Positions 17,244-27,602 of a stretch of DNA of 64,000 bases are shown piece after piece (positions within the stretch are counted from its first letter, which is position 1; every line of letters begins with the position of its first letter). Under the pieces are notes generated by a model, which saw only the letters and a program-made list of their open reading frames with translations, made no database searches and had not been told where the DNA came from. The translations under genes were made by a program, and so were the position numbers. Origin of the DNA: a virus; the IMG/VR virus record IMGVR_UViG_3300040751_002535; one strand, written 5' to 3'.

Positions 17244-19411
17244 TGGGATTTTTTGAAAAAAGAGATATTGATCCAAACAGAGAAATGCCTATAAAGCCAA
17301 CGGGTACATTAGCCGAAGATAAACACACTGCTACACTTGCTGCTATTGCAAAGTACAGCAAACCTGTACAAAAAGGTTTAGAAAATCTTGAAATAGAATA
17401 CAAAGTTAATAGACAGACTAGACTGTGTATGTGTTTGTTGCCAGAATGGGATCCTAGTTTTCCACCTTACAATACAGCAAAACTTGCTAGTGCTGTAAAA
17501 CGTGCAGGTTATGCTTGTAAAAGTTTTGATATAAATGTAGAAGCATACAATAGATTTCACAATGAAAAATGGCCTATTGATTTTGATCCTTGGGATCCAC
17601 TACGTGACTGGCACTGGCTTGAAGAACATTATTACAAAGATATTCACCCACATCTAAAACCTATACTAGATGAAAAGATCGATGAGATAGTTGAGTTTGC
17701 ACCAGATGTGGTTGGGTTTACATTGTACTATTGCAACGAAGCGCCTACAAAGTATGTAGCAGAACAACTGAAAAAGCGTATGCCAAATGTTCTAATCATG
17801 GTGGGCGGCCCTAGTACTCATGCTAGTTATTACAAGGGCGATGATTTATTTGATTATGTAGTAAACGGCGAAGGTGAACAACCATTATTGCTTGCACTAG
17901 AAAGCATAGAAAAAAAGCAAGGTGTTCAATACAACGAAAAAGAAAAAAGTATGATTATCCGGCAGCCTGAAAATCAGCGCTATAATCTAAGTACGTTGCC
18001 ACTGCCTGACTACAGCGATTTTGACTTTAGCAAGTATAAGTTTCCAAATGGTGCGCTATGTGAAATATCAAGAGGCTGTATTGCCAAGTGTACGTTCTGC
18101 GAAGAAACACACTTTTGGAAATATAGGCAGCGTAATGCACTTAGCACACTCGATGAGATTGAACATATGTACTATGAACATGGTACTAATGTATTTTGGT
18201 TTATTGATAGTTTGGTAAATGGTAATCTAAATGAACTGCGTGGATTTGTAAAAGGAGTTGCCGAAAAAGGACTAGAGATACATTGGACTGGTTATTGTAG
18301 ATGTGATGGTAGAATGGATGCTGAATACTACAAAGATCTAAAAGCAGGCGGATGCGAAGTTCTTAACTATGGTATTGAAAGCGGCAGTCAAGTTGTACTA
18401 GATGCTATGGATAAAAAAGTTACTGTACCAGAAATGGAAGCCAACTTTAGAGATGGCTATGCAGCTGGCATTGATGCAATGACCAACTGGATTGTAGGCT
18501 ATCCTAACGAAGGACATAAAGAACTTGAAGACACTCTTACTTTTATGTATAGAGTACGCAATCAAGGACTTATTGCAATCAGTCAAGGTACAGGATTTAG
18601 TGTAGGTGTAGACACCATTGTAGGACAAAACTTTGACAAGTTTAATCTGTCACCGTTTTACTATTACGATCATTGGATTACAAAAGATTATAAAATGAGT
18701 ATTGTACACAAACTCATACGTATGAAAACTTTTAGTATTTTTACAGACTTACTAAAAACAGAAAAAGTTTGCAGCAAGCCAACTCGTCCTAACTTGGCCA
18801 AGTTTCATTATGATATCAAGTTTGATAATCCTGATAACGAGTTTGATATTGAATACGATTATGATGACTTTGATTATAATATTATCAAGCCAGGCATTAG
18901 TAACTTTGCTGATAGTTTGGTAAATGAGATTTGGCCATTTTTAAGAATAGTATGGCGCACAAAAGGTGCATATAAACTACATTTAAAGTTCCGCAAAGAA
19001 TGGGAATATGAAGAATGGGGAGAGCGTAATGCTGCTCCATTGGATGCTGACTATATATTTGAAATAACAGATGATGGCAAATGGACTGCTGACTTTAAAT
19101 GGAAATATCAACAAGACGAATACAGTGATTGGGAAGACAAGTACTGGATTGAAAATGGTGCAATGCAAATGAGTCCAGATCCTTCGAGCCCTGTTTGGAG
19201 TATTATGGATTTCACCCGAGATAATAGCAATGCAGTTATTAGAGCACGTAAACTTGCATGGAAAGGTGATGCAGAGAAAAAGTCTAAAGATCCTTATAAT
19301 GCTTATGATTTTAAAAAGTTTAAGCAAGACGAAAAAGACTTTATAAGTGTACGTAATATAGACTTTAGTTTTGAATATGAATGGCAGGGCAAAGGAGACT
19401 GGAGTGAGTAA
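17243..19411 (+). CDS. B12-binding radical SAM protein (class B methyltransferase-like)
   Basis: VGGP...GEGE cobalamin-binding domain; SRGCIAKCTFC; GIESGS; long acidic/aromatic C-terminal extension. Confidence 0.9.
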   Translation: MGFFEKRDIDPNREMPIKPTGTLAEDKHTATLAAIAKYSKPVQKGLENLEIEYKVNRQTRLCMCLLPEWDPSFPPYNTAKLASAVKRAGYACKSFDINVEAYNRFHNEKWPIDFDPWDPLRDWHWLEEHYYKDIHPHLKPILDEKIDEIVEFAPDVVGFTLYYCNEAPTKYVAEQLKKRMPNVLIMVGGPSTHASYYKGDDLFDYVVNGEGEQPLLLALESIEKKQGVQYNEKEKSMIIRQPENQRYNLSTLPLPDYSDFDFSKYKFPNGALCEISRGCIAKCTFCEETHFWKYRQRNALSTLDEIEHMYYEHGTNVFWFIDSLVNGNLNELRGFVKGVAEKGLEIHWTGYCRCDGRMDAEYYKDLKAGGCEVLNYGIESGSQVVLDAMDKKVTVPEMEANFRDGYAAGIDAMTNWIVGYPNEGHKELEDTLTFMYRVRNQGLIAISQGTGFSVGVDTIVGQNFDKFNLSPFYYYDHWITKDYKMSIVHKLIRMKTFSIFTDLLKTEKVCSKPTRPNLAKFHYDIKFDNPDNEFDIEYDYDDFDYNIIKPGISNFADSLVNEIWPFLRIVWRTKGAYKLHLKFRKEWEYEEWGERNAAPLDADYIFEITDDGKWTADFKWKYQQDEYSDWEDKYWIENGAMQMSPDPSSPVWSIMDFTRDNSNAVIRARKLAWKGDAEKKSKDPYNAYDFKKFKQDEKDFISVRNIDFSFEYEWQGKGDWSE

Positions 19412-20612
19412 TACATATTGCGTATACCCGTTTATAAACGTACACACTAACACCGATGGTAGATGTAAACTATGCTGCCATGTGTACAGTGAAGACTATA
19501 TTCAAGTAGATGGCAAAGATGCTGTACTAGGTAAAACTGACTGGTGGAACATTTGGAACGGGCAATACATGCTGGATGTTCGTGCAAAGATGCTGGCCGG
19601 TGGCAAAGTTAAAGAATGCAATCGCTGCTACGAACACGAAGAAAAAGGTTTAGAAAGCAGCAGACAATGGGCCAACAAAACATATCGTGCATCTGTAACA
19701 CACGGCAACCCTACACACTTAGAACTACGATTGGGCAACCATTGTAACCTAAAATGCAATAGTTGTTGGAGTGTGAGCAGTGATCAGATTTACAAAGAAC
19801 GTAAGAAGATACTTGCTAAAGAGTCTGTACCTAAGTGGTTAGATGACCAATGGCAACACGAGATTAAAAGTGTAGAGGAACACGATTGGGCATGGTACGA
19901 GACTCAGGAGTTTCGTGACTTTGTAGATCAAGTTGCACCTACATTAGAACGACTGTACATGACAGGTGGTGAGCCTACACTGATACAAGCAAATCAGTAT
20001 GTATTGGACAAACTAGTAGAAGCTGGTAATACAAAATGTCATGTAGCATGGACAACCAATATGACTACATGGCCAGAAGGGTTTTATGACAAACTAGATT
20101 TTTTTGACACTAGTGAAATACAGATGAGCATCGACGGTTATGGTGATCATAACATGTACATACGCTATCCAACTGATTGGAACAAGGTAGAAGAAAACTT
20201 TGACAAAGCAATGCGGTTGCCTGAAAAAGTACAACTAAAGATTTACTTTGTGTATCAAGCATGGAATGTGTTTGATGTTGACAAACTAATACGTTGGCTA
20301 GAACAAAAGCAAACAAGGCGTGTGGACTTTGTTCCTATTTTCTTAGAACATCCTGATCAACTGCACAGTTGTGTATGGCCTAGAGAACTACAGCATAATA
20401 TCATTGGAAAACTAATGATGCTGGATACAAAGCTACACCAAGATGCTGTTCAAAGAATCATTAACTACACACAGAATACTAATAAATATTCAGCAGAGAA
20501 CCTCATGAGAATGAAACAGTTCATTAGTATCAATGATAGATATCGCAAGTATAAGTTTGCAGATATTTTTCCATTACTAAATGACATATTGGAAACAGAA
20601 TGCAAGAAATAA
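19404..20612 (+). CDS. radical SAM protein with N-terminal Twitch/SPASM domain
   Basis: YCVYPF...LCC...CNRC, CNLKCNSC, GGEP; GTG start after AGGAG. Confidence 0.9.
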   Translation: MSNTYCVYPFINVHTNTDGRCKLCCHVYSEDYIQVDGKDAVLGKTDWWNIWNGQYMLDVRAKMLAGGKVKECNRCYEHEEKGLESSRQWANKTYRASVTHGNPTHLELRLGNHCNLKCNSCWSVSSDQIYKERKKILAKESVPKWLDDQWQHEIKSVEEHDWAWYETQEFRDFVDQVAPTLERLYMTGGEPTLIQANQYVLDKLVEAGNTKCHVAWTTNMTTWPEGFYDKLDFFDTSEIQMSIDGYGDHNMYIRYPTDWNKVEENFDKAMRLPEKVQLKIYFVYQAWNVFDVDKLIRWLEQKQTRRVDFVPIFLEHPDQLHSCVWPRELQHNIIGKLMMLDTKLHQDAVQRIINYTQNTNKYSAENLMRMKQFISINDRYRKYKFADIFPLLNDILETECKK

Positions 20613-21592
20613 AAGCTATTTTACCAGCTAAAGACAAATGGGTAAGCCTAGTATGGCAAGTCAACGATTGGTGCAACTTTCGTTGTACATATTGCAGCGA
20701 ATGGAACTGGGCAGGACGTAATAAAAACGATACAGATATTCCGTTGATTGTTGATACACTTGAGCGTATTATGTTACATTATAAAGCCAAAGGTTACAAG
20801 TATTTTAAACTGTATCTCAGCGGAGGCGAACCTACATTTTGGAAGGCACTTATTCCTGTTGTAGAAAAGTTTAGAGAACATGCAGAATGGCCTGGCAGTT
20901 GTGTAGGTATCAACACCAACTTTAGTAAGCCACTAAGCTGGTGGAAGGATCATCATCACTTGTTTGAAGATGTTGTTGCTAGTTATCATGCAGAATGGAG
21001 CAAAGACGACAAGTACATGGATGTTTACAAGTTCTTACAAGATAAGAAAAACTATTTGTGTAGTCGTATTATGATGCATCACGATCATTTTGAACAGTGT
21101 ATGGCATTTGGCGACAGAATAAAAAATGAGTGTGACAACTATATGATTGAGTATGCACCAGTCTATGACGAGTTACGTCCTAGCACAGATCCGTATCATT
21201 ATGACGAACCGTGGCAGATGGAGTTTTTTCAAACTAATAGTACAGTACAACAGCAGAGTATTCCTATAAAAAAAGATCCTAGTTATGCTTGGGCAAAAGT
21301 ACAATACGAAGATGATACTATAGAACCTATTGATACAAACGGCATCATTACAAACGGTAAAAACTTCTTTAAAGGTTGGTTGTGCAATATACACGAAAGT
21401 TTGCACATTCATCCTAATGGTAAAATACAACAAGCAAGTTGTGGAGTAGGACCAGTTGTTGGAAATATTGTACAAGGCGAGTTTAATACTACAATGAGTG
21501 AAGGAGTGTGGTGTCCTAAATCACATTGTCATTGTGCAGCAGACTTTAATATTAGTAAAGCAAGGCCAGAATATGCAAAACAAATTAGATAA
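20600..21592 (+). CDS. radical SAM protein with C-terminal SPASM-like domain
   Basis: CNFRCTYC, GGEP, C-terminal C...C...CP...CHC. Confidence 0.9.
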   Translation: MQEIKAILPAKDKWVSLVWQVNDWCNFRCTYCSEWNWAGRNKNDTDIPLIVDTLERIMLHYKAKGYKYFKLYLSGGEPTFWKALIPVVEKFREHAEWPGSCVGINTNFSKPLSWWKDHHHLFEDVVASYHAEWSKDDKYMDVYKFLQDKKNYLCSRIMMHHDHFEQCMAFGDRIKNECDNYMIEYAPVYDELRPSTDPYHYDEPWQMEFFQTNSTVQQQSIPIKKDPSYAWAKVQYEDDTIEPIDTNGIITNGKNFFKGWLCNIHESLHIHPNGKIQQASCGVGPVVGNIVQGEFNTTMSEGVWCPKSHCHCAADFNISKARPEYAKQIR

Positions 21593-22910
21593 ACTACCAA
21601 AAAACTTTTGTTACTTTAGTATGCAAGGATACAGCACACATTCGCATGGACGTACTAGACCATGTTGTTTTAGTAGAGTAGAAACTAATGCATACATGCC
21701 AGGTGTTGATGTAGATTCAGTTCCTTATTGGAAGGAACATCATAACTGGAATAGTCCTGATCTTGAAGATTTTATCAACGATCCAAAAGCCAAAGAAATA
21801 CGCAAGCAACTACTAAATGACGAAGTTCCAGACGGATGTCGTAGTTGTTTCGAACTTGAAGATCAAGGCATACGCAGTTTTAGACAAACATGGAATGAAA
21901 TATACGAAGATCAAATAGACACAACTTTAAAGCATGTTGATAATGAAGGACATTTAGATGCACAGGCTGTTACGTACTTGGATATCAGTTTGGGAAATAT
22001 TTGTAACCTAAAGTGTAGAAGTTGCAATCCGTGGGCAAGTCATCGATGGATAGAAGAAGGACCTACAGTGCCACACACTGATTGGGATGACACAGCATAT
22101 ATGATTGCCAAAATGAGCAGTGACAAGCCTTGGTTTATTAAAGCATTTGCTGAAGGATTTTTTGATGAAGTACTGCCTAATGTAAAAGTTATTAACTTTA
22201 TTGGTGGCGAACCGTTAGTGGTTGAAGAACATTATGCTTGGTTAGAACACATAGTAGACCAAGGTTGGAGTAAGGATATTGAGCTCCATTATAATACTAA
22301 TGGTACAACTATACCCGATAGACTATTAGCTATCTGGGATAAGTTTAAAGGTGTTATATTAAGTTTGAGTATAGATGCTATAGGTGATCTTGCATACTAT
22401 GTTAGACATCCTACCAAATGGAAAATAATAGAAAAGAATACAAAAAAACTAGCAGAGTTTAGTCGCACACGCAAAGGTGTTCTTGTGCATACACACGTTA
22501 CACTTAGTTTGCTAAACTTGCATGACTTGCCCAACTTGTTGGATTGGTGCAAACACCAATATGATACGTGGCACTATGAATGGGATTGGGGCAACTATGG
22601 TTATCAAAACTGTCTGCCGCATTTTAACATTGTAGATTTTCCACGTCACTTGAATATACGAAACTTACCCGAAGATCGCAAAGTGTTGATGAACAAAATG
22701 TTGGAAGAGCAACATCTCAAATACAAAAATGCCAAGTTGCCGGATTGGGAGCAGTGGGCAGTTGAAAACATTATCAACTTAAAAAATATTCTAAATCAGC
22801 CACAAGATGAAACAGACTGGAAACACTTTATTGATAATACCAATGCTAGTGACAAGTTTAGAAAACTCGACATTGTTGAATATATTCCGTGGATGGAGAA
22901 ATATTTTTGA
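21573..22910 (+). CDS. radical SAM protein with N-terminal Twitch/SPASM domain
   Basis: FCYF...PCC...CRSC, CNLKCRSC, GGEP, TNGT. Confidence 0.9.
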   Translation: MQNKLDKLPKNFCYFSMQGYSTHSHGRTRPCCFSRVETNAYMPGVDVDSVPYWKEHHNWNSPDLEDFINDPKAKEIRKQLLNDEVPDGCRSCFELEDQGIRSFRQTWNEIYEDQIDTTLKHVDNEGHLDAQAVTYLDISLGNICNLKCRSCNPWASHRWIEEGPTVPHTDWDDTAYMIAKMSSDKPWFIKAFAEGFFDEVLPNVKVINFIGGEPLVVEEHYAWLEHIVDQGWSKDIELHYNTNGTTIPDRLLAIWDKFKGVILSLSIDAIGDLAYYVRHPTKWKIIEKNTKKLAEFSRTRKGVLVHTHVTLSLLNLHDLPNLLDWCKHQYDTWHYEWDWGNYGYQNCLPHFNIVDFPRHLNIRNLPEDRKVLMNKMLEEQHLKYKNAKLPDWEQWAVENIINLKNILNQPQDETDWKHFIDNTNASDKFRKLDIVEYIPWMEKYF

Positions 22911-23497
22911 AACTAGTAAGTTTTGGCGATGAACTAACTATAACTAAAAATAACCATGTTGACTTGTTGGCAAAGCAACTGGGCATGTCTGTGGTGAACA
23001 AAGGACTGGAAGATACCAGCAATGAAAGAATATTCAACGATGTTGTAAAGTTTATATGTGAAAACAACACAAGTGAATATTTTTTTTTAATAGGCTGGAC
23101 ATCGCAGGCAAGGCAAGATATATTCTGGAAGGATGAATACTTTACGTATCGTCCTGACAAACGTGTGTACAATGATAACACTATTAATGGAATGCACAGA
23201 GGAGATGAAATATTATTCAATCCTATATTAAATTCTGGACAATGGGCTACTATGGCATTGTCCTTACAACAAACATTTGAGTTTCATGATTGTAAATATT
23301 TTATGTACAATACACAAGATTGTATTCATATTAGTGATTACAATGCAAAAAATATTAAAAGTTTAAAAACAACAAACTATCATAATCCGTTGAATAAAAG
23401 CAGTAGTATGAAATACTATTTAGAACAACAAAGTTTACAATCGCACACTTGGGCAGATTTTCTTTATCGTAAAATAAATGCAGGAGGTGTGCTTTGA
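22907..23497 (+). CDS. SGNH/GDSL-like protein, degenerate catalytic site
   Basis: FGDELT in place of FGxS.T, SN.RI, IGWT; no clear catalytic Ser. Confidence 0.5.
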   Translation: MKLVSFGDELTITKNNHVDLLAKQLGMSVVNKGLEDTSNERIFNDVVKFICENNTSEYFFLIGWTSQARQDIFWKDEYFTYRPDKRVYNDNTINGMHRGDEILFNPILNSGQWATMALSLQQTFEFHDCKYFMYNTQDCIHISDYNAKNIKSLKTTNYHNPLNKSSSMKYYLEQQSLQSHTWADFLYRKINAGGVL

Positions 23498-24225
23498 AAT
23501 ATCTAGTTGCATTTGGATGTAGTCATACCAATGGCAGCATGTTAGACGGAAAAAACAGTGCCAGTGAATACAATGTGCGCAACGGGTTTCCAGCTATGCT
23601 TGCAAAGCGTCATGGATATGAGCTGATTAATATAAGCAAACCCGGTGGCAGCAATCAACACATATTTCGTACAGTATTAGACTTTGTAAATAATCATATG
23701 GAAGACCAATATGATTATTTGTTTTTAATAAACTGGTCGGGTGCTAATAGAATAGAACTACGCTATCCTGAAAAGAATGATCTACACAACTATGTACATT
23801 ATGGAGATCATCTTGACTTTAAAAGTGTTCCATTTACTGTAGGTATTAAACCTAGTATCTATACATATAAACCTATTGTGCATTTAATCAAATACATTCC
23901 TTATTTGTTTGATGACAATATGATGTTTGATAAATGGGCAACTTATGCTTACAGTTTGCAATGTATTCTAAAGAAAAATAATATACAATATCTAATGAGC
24001 AACACATGTGAAGGACTAAAATCAACAGAATACAATGCTAATGTTATAAACAAGTTGGATACATTACACTATCCACATATCAGCAGCGAAAAAGATGCAA
24101 TGGTTACATGGTTGTTGAATCAAGGTGTTAAAAAAACACCTTGTTGGCATTTTAGAGAAGATGGACATGCATTGTGGGCAGATAGATTAGAAACATATCT
24201 CAAGGAGCTAGGGTATGTTGAATAG
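23494..24225 (+). CDS. SGNH/GDSL hydrolase/acyltransferase-like protein
   Basis: AFGCSHT, GGSN, WHF...GH..WA. Confidence 0.7.
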   Translation: MKYLVAFGCSHTNGSMLDGKNSASEYNVRNGFPAMLAKRHGYELINISKPGGSNQHIFRTVLDFVNNHMEDQYDYLFLINWSGANRIELRYPEKNDLHNYVHYGDHLDFKSVPFTVGIKPSIYTYKPIVHLIKYIPYLFDDNMMFDKWATYAYSLQCILKKNNIQYLMSNTCEGLKSTEYNANVINKLDTLHYPHISSEKDAMVTWLLNQGVKKTPCWHFREDGHALWADRLETYLKELGYVE

Positions 24226-25204
24226 AAATATAGTAAGCAAAAACTTTAGATATCGTAGTAATGAGTTTAACTTTCGATTGGGCTTTCCTGAAGAAAAAAC
24301 TGTAAAAATAGGATCATTATACACTCGTATTGATTATTGGAAAAATGTTTACTTCAATCTCTTAAAACTCAAACCATTTGATAATATAATGTTCTATATG
24401 AATCAAAGTGGATTTGATACATTTGCAATGATATTGGCTGCTACCGAACTTGATTTAAACATAGTTTCATCAAATCCTGATTTACTAATACACACACTTC
24501 CTGATACAACACTAGATACCAAAGGATTTAATAAGCATCGAAACTATAGTTATCATGATTTGTCAGATCATAAGTTTGACAGTGTTGTAGAATATACACA
24601 AACAGGAACTTCAACAATACTAGGTAAGACAAAAATACCAACAATAACTATACACGGAAATGTTCTGCACACAAAATATGATATTCAACCTGAGCTAATT
24701 ATAGACTTTATGCTGCCGGCATTGATGAATGATGCTGTTGAAACACACACCTGCCTAGGATTCAATGATGTCGTCGAAGGTATGCATCGGATATTAAAAG
24801 TTGTGCAAATGCAAGGCATCAACTGTGTTCTTGTGCCATCTATTGAAACTTGCTATAGTTTTGTTGAAGTAGCATTGTTAAAAAGTATTAACATTAATAA
24901 CTTGCGCATCAACTGTTGGGACAATGGCCTTATAACACCTGTTGTTAATCCTGAAACTATCAACTACAACGATCTCGATGACTTGCCCAGTAAATATCGC
25001 ATCAAAGGAAAAATATTAAGAGATGTCACCGAAGATAAAATATATTTTCAGTTTGTAAAGCCTGTTGATAAAAGTATAGCCAAAATAAAAGTTTCTGCTA
25101 TGAATGCCGAAGTCAAACGTAGAACAGGAAAAAAAATAAGCAAGTGGGCATATGCACAAGGGCCCGATGACGAAACATTAATTTTGTTTAGGAATCTAGA
25201 ATGA
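24215..25204 (+). CDS. hypothetical protein (possibly a degenerate adenylate-forming enzyme)
   Basis: 329-aa coupled ORF; only a weak Thr/Gly-rich loop (YTQTGTST) suggests the ANL fold. Confidence 0.4.
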   Translation: MLNRNIVSKNFRYRSNEFNFRLGFPEEKTVKIGSLYTRIDYWKNVYFNLLKLKPFDNIMFYMNQSGFDTFAMILAATELDLNIVSSNPDLLIHTLPDTTLDTKGFNKHRNYSYHDLSDHKFDSVVEYTQTGTSTILGKTKIPTITIHGNVLHTKYDIQPELIIDFMLPALMNDAVETHTCLGFNDVVEGMHRILKVVQMQGINCVLVPSIETCYSFVEVALLKSININNLRINCWDNGLITPVVNPETINYNDLDDLPSKYRIKGKILRDVTEDKIYFQFVKPVDKSIAKIKVSAMNAEVKRRTGKKISKWAYAQGPDDETLILFRNLE

Positions 25205-26004
25205 TTAAAATAATCTACAATGACGGATGTAGTTTAGGTGCCGGCGCAGAACACAAGAGTTGGGAAATGTTGCCCGAAGGTGAGGAAATCTGTGATAGTA
25301 CTTGGACAGATATTATTAAAACCAAATATTACCCAAATGCTAAAAAAATAACCAAAGCCACAACTGGCTCAAGCAATCGAGGCATACGCAGACGAACTAT
25401 ACACAATGTACTAGAACTATTAGAAACATACAAATCTGATGAAATACTAGTGTTTATAATGTGGACTAGTTTTTATAGACGAGAGTTTTTATTATCTAAT
25501 CCTAAACTTGACAGAGGAAATAAGTATTTTACACTATTACCCAGTGACACTGCTAGAGGATTAAAATCTCCTACAGGAAAACTAGTAAACAGTGACGAAC
25601 GTAGAACTATATTAAAAGACAATCATTTAGATATAATTGCTGATGAAATCTATACACATCATAACAAGCCTCTAAATCACTTATATGAATCATTAGCAGA
25701 TGTTGAAGCAACTAATATGTTTTTAAAGTTGCATAGTATAAGAAGTGTACAATGTTTTGGATTTGGATCTGATGTCAACCCTAATCTAGTATTAGATTTA
25801 GATGACGTATACACAAACTCAATAGTTAAACGAGTATTAAAATATAATATATATTATATTCCTACTTCACCTCCTCAAGGATTTTATGAGTACTCTGTTG
25901 GACAGCATTTCGAACTTGGCCCTGGTTTACATCCTTTGGAATCAGCACATAGAGCTTGGGCTAATATTATTCCAAGACATTTTAGGTTGACACCTGAAAA
26001 GTAG
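25201..26004 (+). CDS. SGNH/GDSL hydrolase/acyltransferase-like protein
   Basis: NDGCSLG, GSSN..I, MWT...R.E, LHP...AH..WA. Confidence 0.7.
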   Translation: MIKIIYNDGCSLGAGAEHKSWEMLPEGEEICDSTWTDIIKTKYYPNAKKITKATTGSSNRGIRRRTIHNVLELLETYKSDEILVFIMWTSFYRREFLLSNPKLDRGNKYFTLLPSDTARGLKSPTGKLVNSDERRTILKDNHLDIIADEIYTHHNKPLNHLYESLADVEATNMFLKLHSIRSVQCFGFGSDVNPNLVLDLDDVYTNSIVKRVLKYNIYYIPTSPPQGFYEYSVGQHFELGPGLHPLESAHRAWANIIPRHFRLTPEK

Positions 26005-26015
26005 TATGCTATATT
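25987..26015 (+). promoter_or_regulatory. sigma70-like promoter
   Basis: TTGACA, 17 nt, TATATT with TGn. Confidence 0.75.
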
Positions 26016-26041
26016 GGTAATATAAACAAGAGGGCAATGTT

Positions 26042-27361
26042 ATGAGAACACAACCACAAGATGTAATCAAAAAACTTGAAGCAGACAACAGTCGCCTTGC
26101 TAAAGAAGCAGTATTGCTAGAAGCAATGGAAGAAGGACTAGACGAGTTCTTTGAAGGTGTACGCATGGCACTCGATGCTCTTGTTACTTTTGGTGTTAAG
26201 CAAGTACCTGAGCGTTCAGACATACTAACCGGACAAGGTCTTTCGTGGCCAGTGTTCAAAGAGCTTGCTGACAAACTTGCTAATCGTGAACTAACAGGAC
26301 ATGCGGCACGTGATGCTATTGAACTTGCAATGGGCATTGCTACCACAGAACAGTGGAATGGGTTTTATCGTCGTATCTTAATCAAAGATTTACGATGCGG
26401 AATGAGCGAAAAGACTGTTAACAAAGTTGCTAAACAGTTTCCACAATATGCTGTTCCTGTATTTACTTGCGCTCTTGCTCATGATAGTGCCAAGCACGAA
26501 AAGAAGATGACTGGTGTAAAGCAGATTGAAATCAAACTGGATGGCGTGCGTGTTATCACAATCATTCGTGGCAACAAAGTAGAAATGTTTAGTCGTAACG
26601 GAAAACAGTTTCACAACTTTGGACATATTATCAAAGAACTGGAAACAGTACTAAAAACTAATCCTGCACCTTATGACTTGATGTTGGATGGAGAAGTAAT
26701 GAGTGCTAACTTCCAAGACCTTATGAAGCAAGTACATCGCAAGGAAAGTGTAGAAGCAAACGATGCTGTATTGCATTTGTTTGACTTAGCACCTCTAGCA
26801 GATTTTCAAAACGGTGGCTGGACAAAACCACAAGCATTTAGAAGTGCCGCAGTTAAAGCATGGGTAAACCAGCATACAGATATCTTACAGCACGTTACAG
26901 CGTTGGATTGGGAAGAAGTTAACCTAGACACACCAAAAGGTGAAGCTCGCTTTGTAGAGCTTAATAAGGCGGCTGTAGACGGGGGATACGAAGGTGTAAT
27001 GATCAAAGACGTTGATGCACCATATGAATGTAAGCGTACACACGCTTGGCTCAAAGCCAAGCCTTTTATTGAAGTAACATTGGAGGTAGTAGATGTCGAA
27101 GAAGGAACAGGACGAAACAAAGGACGCCTTGGAGCGTTGGTATGCGCTGGAGAAGACGATGGACGAATGGTCCAAGTCAACTGCGGAAGTGGGTTTAGTG
27201 ACGCTAATCGTGATGATTTTTGGAATAGCCGTAGCAGTCTTATTGGCCAGCTTGTAGAAGTAAGAGCAGACGCTCTTACACAAAATCAAGACGGCACATA
27301 CAGTTTGCGCTTCCCACGCTTTAAAACATTCCGTGGATTCGAAGTCGGCGAAAAATTATGA
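26042..27361 (+). CDS. lig: ATP-dependent DNA ligase
   Basis: KLDGVR, DGEV, FD, EGVMIK, WLKAK, SLRFPRF. Confidence 0.95.
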   Translation: MRTQPQDVIKKLEADNSRLAKEAVLLEAMEEGLDEFFEGVRMALDALVTFGVKQVPERSDILTGQGLSWPVFKELADKLANRELTGHAARDAIELAMGIATTEQWNGFYRRILIKDLRCGMSEKTVNKVAKQFPQYAVPVFTCALAHDSAKHEKKMTGVKQIEIKLDGVRVITIIRGNKVEMFSRNGKQFHNFGHIIKELETVLKTNPAPYDLMLDGEVMSANFQDLMKQVHRKESVEANDAVLHLFDLAPLADFQNGGWTKPQAFRSAAVKAWVNQHTDILQHVTALDWEEVNLDTPKGEARFVELNKAAVDGGYEGVMIKDVDAPYECKRTHAWLKAKPFIEVTLEVVDVEEGTGRNKGRLGALVCAGEDDGRMVQVNCGSGFSDANRDDFWNSRSSLIGQLVEVRADALTQNQDGTYSLRFPRFKTFRGFEVGEKL

Positions 27362-27377
27362 TAAAGGAGAACGAACA

Positions 27378-27602
27378 ATGGCATATGTAACAGTTGATGT
27401 AGAGTTAAACGAGTTCAATGACGAAGAGATTGTATACGAACTTAAAGCCCGCGGATATTACGTGCAGAAAGAATCATTCGAATTTAACAAACTAGACAAG
27501 TATGATCTTGATTTCATGCTAGACTTGGTTGACAAGAACAACACAGACTTGTATACTAATAGAGTAAGAGATAAACTTTATAACCTAAGGCACGGATTAT
27601 GA
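27378..27602 (+). CDS. hypothetical protein
   Basis: AAGGAG RBS; start refined to ATG 27378. Confidence 0.6.
   Translation: MAYVTVDVELNEFNDEEIVYELKARGYYVQKESFEFNKLDKYDLDFMLDLVDKNNTDLYTNRVRDKLYNLRHGL

Noticed and set aside
13644-26004. RiPP cluster with a dedicated precursor peptide
   Set aside because: The genes are tightly overlapped with no small leader-core ORF, RRE/PqqD domain, peptidase or exporter evident; the substrate remains unknown.
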